Source of the DNA: Amphiscolops sp. MND2022
Lineage: Eukaryota
Length of the DNA stretch: 64,000 nucleotides
Direction: 5' to 3'
NCBI GenBank assembly: GCA_964187785.1
Contig: OZ076409.1
Location: 11,906,001-11,970,000, forward strand
The notes under the pieces were generated by a model, which was not told where the DNA came from, did no database searches, and saw nothing but the letters and a program-made list of their open reading frames with translations. Below are positions 1 to 10,700 of this stretch, piece after piece; the stretch's first letter is position 1, and every line of letters begins with the position of its first letter. The translations under genes were made by a program, and so were the position numbers.

Positions 1-38
1 ACTGTGATTGGTTAATTTGCAGGAGGCAGCCTGTGACA
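1..38 (-). repeat. First 38 bp of the 3' LTR of element A
   Basis: Exact match to 5940-5977, ending in TGTGACA on the + strand. Confidence 0.85.
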
Positions 39-1432
39 CTGCGGGTGGAATAAATAAAAACGACCCTGCATTAAGTCCATTCAATTAAGCTTCCTTCATA
101 ATTGCTGTCACGTAGGCCGGCTCACCTCTTGGTGTTGATCTCCTTATCACTCCCGTCATCAGAATAGGTGTGAACAATGCTCAAGTTGTTAATATCAAAT
201 ACACTCGTCTCAAGTGGGTAATTAACGAGTCGCTTGGAGGCAATTAACGGCACGCACCAAAGGTTTCTCTTAAAATGGTTTTAGCCAATCAAAATTGACT
301 TTCGATAAAATGGAAATTGGATAGTAAAATGGTGAAAATAATAACTAAAATAATCCAGAATGCGGAAATTCTAACTAAATGGTAATAAGGGCAACGGAAC
401 AAAACGGCAAAACGGAACAAGGTAAATGGCCATAATCGGCTTCTAACTAACTAATTTGTAAATAATGAGCAATCTTCTGTACATTTCGCTGGCAGACTCC
501 ATGCACAGTTTTAAATTCGTAAATAGCCATAAAATATTAACCCGGTAATCTCTTCAGCCACGAACTCGAACTTTCAATCTCTAGGATTGTCATTTATTCC
601 CATTTAGTTCCAATTCCATTACGATTTGTATTCTTTTAATTTTGAATTCTTTCGGCATCCCTATCTATGTACTGCATTGTTATGTACGTCCATTTGGGTT
701 CCAACACAGTTGCCGACTACATCTTCCTCGGAGTATTCCGGGGCATCATCCCCTTTTCAGCCGAGCTCGGCCACTTTCCCTAACTTCACCAGCCGAATGA
801 GGACGGTTACCCAGAAGGAGTTTCCATCACTGCAGGATGTCTTCAAACACAAGTTGATCTGGATTTTTATTTTGAACTAATTTAACTTGATCAGGGTTAA
901 AATTTGTTCACAAAATGCTTCCTGCTTCCATCACTAAACACGTGATAACACGTTTCATTCAAATTTTTAGAACACTTTCGAAAGGTTTCTGACGCGGCAA
1001 AATGGATTTCTTTCAAGGAAGCTAACCGCCAAATTTCATCTCTTTCTGTTTATAGAATCAGAACAAAGAGACTACTCGAACACCAGATCCCAATTCACCC
1101 GTGGGTACAGGTTATGCTGTTGTGTTTTCACCGCCCCTGTTTCCTCCTCTTAGAGTAGAGAGGTCCCCAAGTAGTACTGACAGTGTTGATATTACAGCTT
1201 ACGCTGACGAAAAGGTCAGACTCCATGCAGAGGCTCAATTGCTAGAAGGGTCACAGGTCGCTGAATCATTCATGGCGACCAAGAGACAAAGGACGAAGAA
1301 GGAAGAAGGGTAGATGCAGTAGGAGGAGAAGTAGAAGGAGAGGTAGAAGCAGAGGGAGGAAGGACTTTAAAAATGAAAAGGAAAAGAAGAAAAGAGAGCA
1401 GTGTTCCTTCTTGGACGCTTATTAATCTTTTC

Positions 1433-2683
1433 CTAGTATCTGAAGTCTTCTGAGTAGTTTGGATTAGGATTAGGTCTCAAATTATATCTTCCACCTCTAG
1501 GACTCAGACTTTCATTCCCTTCATCATTCTGCGATATTTCGGGCACGATAATATCATCCCCCCTTTTTGGAGATTTTTGTGCATCGCTTTCATTAGCAGA
1601 ATTTCGTTCTGAAACATTTGCATTGTTTTCTTGTCTTTCGGACAGATCCGGCAAAGATTTTTCTGGATTTTTGTGGTAAACGGCCGAATCCGGCCAATCA
1701 GAGTTTTCATTTCTAGTAGCTTCACTATCTCCATTTGCATTGCTGACGTCACTTTTCAGTCGTTTATCTCGACTGTGCTCTGTATCGTTGACGTCATTCG
1801 GACAATCAGTCGTGATTATGTAATCCGCTTCATTCTCGCTTGCGTTATCTGCGTTCGCTTTTGCCGTACTCGGTCTTTCTTCATTCGGCAAGCTAGCAGG
1901 AATAGGCTCGTTGCCTCGTGTAGCTAGCTGTTCACCAAAGTTTGTTTCCCACGTAACTGTGTACAAATCGTCCTGCGGAATGACAATTTCTTCGTCCGGC
2001 AGTAATCGCTCTTCTCGGAAAATGTCCTCAAGCGGTTGATTGGGGACAAACTTTTTGAGGCGAACTCGATTCAAGATCTGAGTTTTAAGGTTACTGTTGG
2101 TTGACAGGGGTATACAGTCTGGTTCACCATTTTTGGTAATGAGTACATTCTGGAACTGTCTCTCGTCTAGTAGCGATTGTGGAATTGATTCTGCACAGTT
2201 TTCGATATTCTCGGTTCCCAAGGGGTTTGGAAACACCGGATGGTTTAGCGCTATGGTTTTCTTGTTATGGGTAATTGGAGGGTTCTCGTGGACTGTCTTG
2301 TTGCAATGTTCAATATCGTCTAGAACATATTGAAATTGCAATAGATCCTGGTTGCAGATCTCAGTGTCCCAGTAGTGATCTCTTCCATAATCTGGGTCGA
2401 TGTATGTAGGGTTGTAGTCGTCTACTAAGGGAATGGGCCTGAATCGGGTAGTAAAGGTAGTTGTGTAATCAGGATCCCAAACAGGAATTGATTTCTGGAA
2501 CAAATGGGTATTATTATAGGTAATAATGATAGCTTTTTCAATTTGCTGCTGCCAGACAACAGAAGGATAGCCCATCAATTGTTGTTGGTAATTATGAAAG
2601 TTTTCGGTTTGAGGGTCCGATTTGATGTATTGACGGACAGAGACTTGTTGGTTGTATTGGAGTGGTGGCGAAGCTAGTTTTTT
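1433..2683 (-). pseudogene. Element A pol remnant: pre-protease region joined in frame to the integrase C-terminal tail
   Basis: Lies in the -1 frame relative to gag. The N-part aligns with element C pol (RPIPLxDxYNP...DPDxG...YWD; GEPDxxPLxTN) up to LK. It then jumps to TQILNRVRLKKF...GRYNLRPNPNPNYSEDFRY, which is typical of gypsy IN tails. Confidence 0.8.
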
Positions 2684-4392
2684 GACTCATCTTTGCTTGA
2701 TGAGGATTGGGAATTGGATGATGTTGGCTTGTGATGGGGTTTTGAGGATTTGGGGTCAGGATCGCTGTCCGACGAGTCCTCTGGCCTGGTGCGTTTGGGC
2801 TTGAGATGCGCACCAGCACCTTGCCAGCATCTCTCCTCAGGGTGGTTTGTCTTGCCACATGTCCCACATTTAGGATAAACCTTTTTCTGTGTGGGCTTGC
2901 CTTGTTGGGCATCTTTCTCCTTCTTCTTTTTGCGCTTTTCACAGTCTTTGACGATGTGGCCCTTTTCTTTGCAATAGTTGCAGGTAATGTCACTCATTTG
3001 GACGTTTGATGGAACAGTTTTTGTTTTTGTGGCTGAAGACGTCATTGATGCCATTGGTAGGTCATGAGATTCTTCAAGCGCGTTTAGCTCCAATTCTCTC
3101 TCAAGATGAGCGACAATTTCGTCATAGGAGCCGTTCTCTAATCTGGCCATATTTACTGATCTTTTTTGCTTGGGCGGCAGTTTTGCGTATAGGAGACTGT
3201 CAGTAATCTTTTGGGCATGGTCTCCGAATGCTTTTTCTGCGCCTTGATTCAGCTCTTCAAAAAAATGTGGTAGTTTTGTCGTATTTGGATCAAATACCAG
3301 ACGGTGCCATTTATGTTTGGCAGTTGCTTGAGATTCGGGTTTGACGTATTTCCGTCTGAAGATGACTAATACGTCCTCGAGAGTTTGTCTGTTAGCTGTG
3401 CTAATGTTTCGGAATGTTTGCAGAGCGTTTTTTCTCAAAAGCGAATGAAAATGAATAATTTTCATCTGCTCGGACATCAACTTGATCATCGTGTGGAATA
3501 GATATACGAACAGCCCGAACTTCTTGCTTTTGCCGTCAAAAGTCATAGTGTTTGAGTTGACTGGGCGGATAGTGGGTTGTTGGGCTGTTGGACGGTTCTG
3601 CATACTGGTCAAGACATCAGCTAGCCTGTTGATAGGGTCTTGTTCCGGGGCCGGAACGGTCCTTTCTTGTGCTGGGATCGTCGTGTCGAGCAGGGGATTG
3701 AGGTCATCATGGGATCGGTTGAGATGACTTCTTGATGGCATTCGTCCCGTGAGAAACTCAGGAATATCAGTTGGAGATTCGTTTTCTCCTGTCACCATGT
3801 CGTAAGCACGCGCGTTTGTGGATGTAGTTGGACCGTCTTTCTGACAGTCCATAAATGGCTTACTTCTCGAGTTATCTCTGGAATCTGAGTTTCGCAGAAC
3901 TTCGGAATATCCTTCCGGTCTCTCGGCCGGAACGTTCCATCTTTCTCTGGTCAAATGTCCCGATCCGGCCACAATGGCATTTTGAATCTGGGGTAAAACC
4001 TGATTGCTAATTGCATCATTTATGGCTCTCTGTATCTGAACACTGACACTATTCATCATCTCGTCCATCTCTCTAGATATTCGGGAATTCAATTCACTCG
4101 ACAGTCTATTTATCTCAGCACTAGAATTACCTCCAGCAGAGTTTTGGCCGTAATCGGCATTTGGACTAAGTCCGTCATTTCTTGAATTTAAGTACCTGTT
4201 TTCATCATTATTTTCAAATTGATCACCAAAAGTACTTTCAGGTCTTCTGGTTTGATTACTACTGAGGCTTTCATCTCTCTCATTTCTACTGAAATGGTTT
4301 TCTCCGAGCATCATATCTACATTTTCAATGTCCGAAATTATCTCAACTCCTCTAGATTTTCTGGTTTTCTTCTGCTTTCTTGTTGTAGGCAT
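2674..4392 (-). CDS. gag: Gag-like polyprotein of element A (572 aa, open); N-terminal 198 codons probably inside the LTR
   Basis: CNYCKEKGHIVKDC and CGTCGKTNHPEERC knuckles; strong similarity to element C gag. Confidence 0.85.
   Translation of the reverse strand: MPTTRKQKKTRKSRGVEIISDIENVDMMLGENHFSRNERDESLSSNQTRRPESTFGDQFENNDENRYLNSRNDGLSPNADYGQNSAGGNSSAEINRLSSELNSRISREMDEMMNSVSVQIQRAINDAISNQVLPQIQNAIVAGSGHLTRERWNVPAERPEGYSEVLRNSDSRDNSRSKPFMDCQKDGPTTSTNARAYDMVTGENESPTDIPEFLTGRMPSRSHLNRSHDDLNPLLDTTIPAQERTVPAPEQDPINRLADVLTSMQNRPTAQQPTIRPVNSNTMTFDGKSKKFGLFVYLFHTMIKLMSEQMKIIHFHSLLRKNALQTFRNISTANRQTLEDVLVIFRRKYVKPESQATAKHKWHRLVFDPNTTKLPHFFEELNQGAEKAFGDHAQKITDSLLYAKLPPKQKRSVNMARLENGSYDEIVAHLERELELNALEESHDLPMASMTSSATKTKTVPSNVQMSDITCNYCKEKGHIVKDCEKRKKKKEKDAQQGKPTQKKVYPKCGTCGKTNHPEERCWQGAGAHLKPKRTRPEDSSDSDPDPKSSKPHHKPTSSNSQSSSSKDESKN
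3786..3797 (-). other. Putative primer binding site TGGTGACAGGAG (tRNA-Leu-like) of element A
   Basis: Immediately follows TACGACA; identical in element C; resembles the TGGTGTCAGGAG complement of tRNA-Leu(CAG) 3' ends. Confidence 0.7.
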
Positions 4393-5977
4393 TAGAAAGA
4401 AAGTCCGAGGTAAAACAGTGAATTAGGTTTTATTCGGAAAATAGGATTTTGTACGTTGTATCGTAAACAGGTATATCAAACTAAACTTGGAGAAGCAAAA
4501 TACAATTGTGTCCCTCTCGGAAAAATACCAATATATATACCCCTGAGAGGGTGACACTCACATTCCTTTTTAACAATCTATTTACAAATTCCATAAAGGG
4601 CACATGACCATGGCGGGTGACCACTAACATTCATTCATTTTTAGCGGCGTCAACTGCATCAAAGCACTTAGGAATTTGTCCCGTTAGGGCCAAAGGGAAT
4701 TCATACCTAATTCATTCGCAGCAAAATCATTTAAAGTTTACATAAAATATGGAATGCACTCAAATGCATTTTCTAACTGCAAATACTATCATCAAAGGGG
4801 AGCGGAGGAATTTAGCCTTATTATAATAGGCAAACAACACTTTGACCAAACATCAAAACTAATACTTTCAAATTGTTTACAGTGAGAGGAATGTAAACTA
4901 TTTAGCGGCACGTGCCTACACACGTGCGTAGAATCAACAAAACAAAGACACAGTTTCATGCAATAGAAATGAACATAATATAGCAATATGGCCTAATACG
5001 GCCATTGGACTTGGGAGCTGGCCAATAGTGAAGGCCGGAATAGGACAGGTGACGGGTATTCGGATTGCTACTACTGGTCGTTATTATTGCACTAATTGGA
5101 TTTAAAAAGCTCATTAACATCTTCAAGTATATAAATATAATCTTACATGACTGTAAAACAAACTCATTCATGCTTAAAAGCATCTCTAATAATAATAAGC
5201 AAAATGGCCTAAACCGGCCATTTGCCTTTTGTCCTGCATTACCAATCTAATATAACGTCAAGTGGCCATATACGGCCAATCAATTAAAAATGTGTACAGC
5301 GCTTTACACAATCTGGCCTGAATAGGCTAATTGCCTCGTATTAAGTAAACATTATTAAAATACTGGTCAAACGGCCTTAACCGTCTGAAAAAGCCAAGTC
5401 TGTGGTGTAGTTAGTTAATACTGCACTAGAGGGGTTATTCAGCCTAAGAGTACAAGCACATGAATCCTGGTTAATAATTAGCATCACAATTGCGCTTTTG
5501 TGAAATGGCCGGAACCGGCCGTCTGACTGGATATTTATTAAAAGTAGCGAAGTTATGTCCACAGGCCTTATTCGGCCATTAATGAATGGAAATATTAACT
5601 GCGTAGCAAATGGAGTAATTTGATTGGACAAGGCCGCGTGCTCAAGTGACGTATCTGGTACGGGATTTTATCAATAGCAACTATAATTAAAACAATTACC
5701 AATACCTCTTCTAACACTTTTAATCATGGCATCTGACGTATTAAGACAGCTTCAAGTACTTTCCAAGAAAATACACAGCACTACTGATTAAATAGCACAG
5801 ATTACTTGATAAAAGCTAAATAGGCCGGAACCGGCCATTGGACCAGCGTCCGCGAGCATAGTGGTTAGATTAAGGCAAGCGGCCATAACCGGCCAAATAT
5901 TGTATTGCTGAGAGATAATACTAATACTAGCTATACTGCACTGTGATTGGTTAATTTGCAGGAGGCAGCCTGTGACA
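3798..5977 (-). repeat. Inferred 5' LTR of element A (about 2.18 kb)
   Basis: TGTC...GACA termini; outer end fixed by the match to 1-38; inner end inferred from the adjacent PBS. Confidence 0.65.
4532..4560 (-). promoter_or_regulatory. LTR core promoter TGAGTGTCAC-N11-TATA (element A)
   Basis: Same motif and spacing at 59793-59819 in element C; AATAAA at 4434-4429 downstream. Confidence 0.55.
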
Positions 5978-6083
5978 TCCCTCTTTTTGTGTCCTTTCAC
6001 TATACCCCCCCCCCCCTAGAGAAAAAGAATATATTCTTTTTCTCTAGGGGGGGGGTATAGTGAAAGGACACAAAAAGAGGGAT
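5977..6083. repeat. Spacerless palindrome of about 107 bp
   Basis: Arms are perfect reverse complements around GAATA|TATTC, except a C12 versus G9 run. Confidence 0.9.
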
Positions 6084-7531
6084 ATATCACTGGCTCATTT
6101 TTATTGATCTAAAGGAAAATTCATCTATTCTGTCAATCAATTGATCTCTTCAAATCTATCGACACTTTTTATTGGCTCTTATTATCCAAATCTCCACTCA
6201 GCCAATCAGAAGCGTTCATATATGAGATCTGCGCTATTAAATGTGCAAAACTTATGACTGTCAAAACTTCAGCCAATCAGCAGCGTTGATAGAAAGACTT
6301 CATACATGTATTTAAACGTGCTTCATTTTGTCCCTTTTTGCTATGAGGGGGCATAGCGAAAGAGATCCTGATAACCATATTTATTTTTGCAAGAAAACAT
6401 TTAGTTTGCGAATTTTTAAACTCCGAGTACACTCTGAAGAACTTCTGAATTTGGACATTCTGTTAGTTACCGCTGATTTGAATTGCTAATAGAATCGCTG
6501 AAAAATTCCTGAGCGGCCGCTAACTCGCTAATTAGCGGTGTCAAAACTCTGTTTACACCAAATTGAAGTTGAAGGCTTATGGAACGGAGTTGGCAGATGT
6601 ATACTTATAACTTTGTATTTTTGCTTCTTGCGCTTTTCTGGACCGAAGTAAAAGTAGAAGAAATCATCGATCGATAAATAGTTTCAAGGCATATAAACTT
6701 CAGGGAAGCTTGTGGGATTGGAGTTTTTGGCAGAAATCTGAGACTTCGTATAGAAAGTTGAGCTGTCTTTTCTTGATTGGATGAAAATCGCATGAAAAAC
6801 ATATTTTTGAGTTTTCAAAATAGTATTACCATTCTATTGAAATGTATCAAATTTAATCAAAATATTAAGTTTTTGGCTTTGTCTGCAGTCAACATGGAGT
6901 CAATCTTCATCTTTAATTTCAAAATAAAAAAGGGTCTTTCTCTTGGATTTTTCCATTTATTCGAAAGTTTCGAAATTATCACTTAGATCTTGTACTAGTT
7001 CATCTAATAGCGTGTTGTTTGGTGCCTCAACTTCATGTGTTCAATTTTAACTTTGGCCATTAGTTAATGTTTCAAGCTTAGAATCATGAAAACAATTCTG
7101 CAGAAACTGTCATTTGTTATTGCTGGTGCACGAAAAATTATAAACAAGATGCATGCTATGCACCGGGATATTTTGCGCCTTCAATTGGCTAACAATAGAC
7201 AAAAATTCAGACTCTTAATCGAAAATGTACTTCCTTGATAAAACGCACTTTACTCCAGATATAACGTCAAAATTCAGGTGTAGCTTGCTGGGAAAATTGG
7301 AACCATTTGTGTAACTTCCGCCTCCTCCTTAGTAAAACGCAAAATAGTTCAGATATAACGTCAAAAATTCAGAAATAGCGCAGTATTTTCGAACTTTCGC
7401 TTCCTCTTTAGTGAAACGCAATTTACTCCCTATATAACGTTAAAAGTTCGGATGAAGCGTACGGTCAAGTTCGGACAAATGGCAGCTTTTCCTAAGCACC
7501 AAGATATTGATTGAAATGTGAAGTAAGAAGT

Positions 7532-7729
7532 TGTTGTAACTCTCTTCTATAACTGTGAATAACATTGACAATTCAAACTTTATTCTATCTTGTTCTGAGA
7601 CTTTATGATAGTTCATCATCTGCATACAATAGGCAGGTACTTGATAAAAAGAACATCAACAGTATAGTAATAATCATATAAATACAGACTAATTAACATG
7701 TATGTAAAGAGTCTGAGTCCTCTACTACA
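7532..7729 (-). repeat. 3' LTR of element B
   Basis: TG...CA termini; preceded on minus by PPT GAAGGGGGGAA (7730-7740). Confidence 0.97.
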
Positions 7730-10700
7730 TTCCCCCCTTCACTATTGGCTGTCGACTGGCCAATGGGGTTTTGTGTAGCTTCTGTATGGCGGTGATTCCT
7801 CCAATGGTCCATATGTTTGTGGACGGATAACCGGTCCTCGCATTGGCTTTTGTCACAGTGTTCTTCTATCCGTGACGTCTGTTTGTTGTCTGCCTTTGGT
7901 TTTAATTCTGGTTGTTTGTTTCCATATCTGTTTGGGTTTGGCCCGGTGCTTCTTCCGAGTTCAGCCTTTCTACGGTGGTTTCTGTAATCATGACATATTG
8001 GGTTATTATATCTGATAATTGGGTTAGTTTTTGGTAATCTTTTCGATCTGCGTACTTTTTTTTCTTCGCGTTTAACATCTCTTTCTAGTTCAGTACTTGA
8101 GCTCAGGTTGTTGGCAAAATCTAGATCAAGGCTATTCTCTTCCCCCTCGTTAGGGAATGTATTATCATTATTAAACGCCTTACCGTTTTCGTCTCTAATA
8201 AAAAGCTCTTCGTTGGCTTGTTTCGCGTCGCTGATAGCACGGTTGATTTCCGTGTCCGTCATGTTGGTTGTTATGGTGAGCGGGCCGGTGCTTTTGTTTG
8301 TGCCCCCCGGTGTGCTGTGTGGTGAGCTTGACTCCGACCGTTCCCGTTTCTGTACTGGTTTGCCTCGGCCGAATGTACCCTTTTTGACCGTAGTGTTGTC
8401 TGTTTGGTCCGGCGTTGGCTCTGACTCGTTGTCTGACTCCAGTATATATGTCCTTCTTGTTTTGGATGGAGACTTCGTGAACCGGCCATCTGGTCCTCTC
8501 GGCCCGGTTCCTCTGTTGTTGTTGCAGTCCTGGTTAAAAGTATTAAGTGGTTTACTAATACATTTTTTATGTATTATTCTTCCATTCGGTGTTGTCACCG
8601 TGTGTTTTGTTCCGGACACGGCTATGTTCGGTTTATCCATGTAGGCACTTTCGAATTTTGATTTTTGATGTTTTTTCTCTAAGAAAAGGAATGGGTAGTT
8701 ACTAACTCCTTTATCGTTTTTCTTCGGCTTCATTGGTAGCTGGTCGGACACACCGCCGGCTACACTGAATGAGTATACCTGTAAGGTATCTGGTTTTGCT
8801 GAAATGGAATTTTCCGATAGTTTCTTCAAGCTATCTAAATTTAGTAGGTTACTAACTTCCGTGTTTGGACTTCGGCCGTAGTGTAATTCGAAAGCTGATT
8901 TTTTTCAGTCTCGTGTGTGGTGTTTTACGCATTATTTCTAGAGCTATATCTAGAGCTTTTCCAAAACGTTCTCCGGCTTTTAAGTTTGTTAAGAGATTTT
9001 CTTTGAGTGTTCTGACTCCTCTCTCTACTGAGCCTGTTGGGGTATGAATATACGGTGTGCCGTATATCAATTTGATGTAATGTTTTTTACAAAAATCGCG
9101 GAAGAGGCGTCCTGTGAAAGCGGTTGCTTTATCCGATCTGATCGTTTTCGGTATCCCATTTAGTTGGACATACTGTTCGATAAATTTTACCGCCGTTTCT
9201 CCGTCCGTATTTTTGCAAAAGCTGGCTGCCGGTCATTTACTAAATCGGTCTATGGATAGTAATATATAAAACCGGTGGTTATTTTCTGTAATCGGGCCAA
9301 TGAAATCCATTTGAATTTTCTCGTTCGGATTGTTTACCGGTGGTAGATTGTTTTTCTCCGTATACGGTATGTTAGGTTTAATGCTCTTCGCGGACATTTT
9401 GCATGGTATGCAGGAGTCGCACTTTTTCTGAATGGCTTCGGTTATCCGTGGCCACCAGAAGTGTCGGGCTGCTAGGGTCATCTTGTTGATGGCCGGGTGT
9501 CCTTTGTGTAGCAAGCTTATAACCGTGGTGCGTAGATTCTTTGGGACCACGATTTCGTCTTCCATGAATACGAGGCCGAATCTGCTTGACAATTTCTTTC
9601 TGACTGGTAGATATTCTTCGGGTATCAGCTCATGTTGCTGTCTTTCCAGACATACTAGTGTTTTCAGTAGGCTGGCGTCGTTCGTCGTCTCTGTCATAAG
9701 CAGCTGTAGATCGGTAGAAAAATTTTTCTCCGTTTCTCGCACTGCTTGTTCCAAATTCCAGTCGTTTTGTTCTTCGGCGGTTATTTTTGGAGCGTGCCCC
9801 ATCTTCACGTATTGGACGCTCTTTACTCCGACATAGCGTGCCCAATTTATTGCCGGTACTTCTAAGATTGATGGGTCTTGATCGGTGTCGGTTTCTATTT
9901 CGCCTTCCTCCATCGGTGCTGTCTGGATGTAAGTTTGTTGAGATGGTCCGGGTCTGTCATGTTGGACTGGGGTGGGACGGTCCATGTTCCAGTATGGATC
10001 AACCGTCCATTGTTCGCTGTGTCTAGTGGTTGGTACAAAGCCTCCCGTCTGTTTGGGGCTGATTCTTTGTCTAAGATCTGCCGTTTAGTGGTTTCTCATA
10101 ATTTGTTGCAGTCTTTCTTCATTGCGTAAGAATTTTGGTTTGTGATAGCGTTTCCATTTTCCCCCGGTTAATCGATAAATCCCGGGTTTAACGATTTCTC
10201 GCCAGCGGTTTATCAATTCAATTGTTTCCGCGGTTGGGTTTGCTGCTTCAATTTCGTTTATTGTATTTGCGTCCATTGTCAATTTGATGCTTTGGCAGTG
10301 TTTTTGTTTGAAGCGTGTTAACGTGTCAGTGTTAAGGCAATCAATGGCAGTTCGTCTATGTGTGTCGCTGGTCCGTGGTTTGTTGTTTGCTTTGCGTTCA
10401 CTTTTCTCCGTTCTGTTCTCTGATTGGTCAGTTTGGTTGCTAAGACAACCATATTTGGAGATAAAGTTGTAGTGCGGTAATATGTTGTTGATTACATATT
10501 CTTCATCGTATGCGTCATCTGTTTGCGGTGGTAGTATCGGATTTCTACTGAGATAATCCGTGAGTGCTAAATGTTTACCGGCTATATGGTGTACGTTGAT
10601 ATTGAAATGTGCTAATCGGTCCAGCCACCGTGTTAAGCGTGCGTTGTAGGTTTTATTGGACTGGTTCCGCTTGATTAATGGTTCTAGTGCTTGATGATCG

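Larger units (their letters stand above)
1..5977 (-). mobile_element. Ty3/gypsy LTR retrotransposon (element A), internally deleted; 3' LTR runs off the left window edge
   Basis: Positions 1-38 are identical to 5940-5977 (LTR start TGTCACAGGCTGCC on minus). The gag ORF has two zinc knuckles. The pol remnant is homologous to element C (59065-64000) but lacks PR/RT/RH/IN core. Confidence 0.9.
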
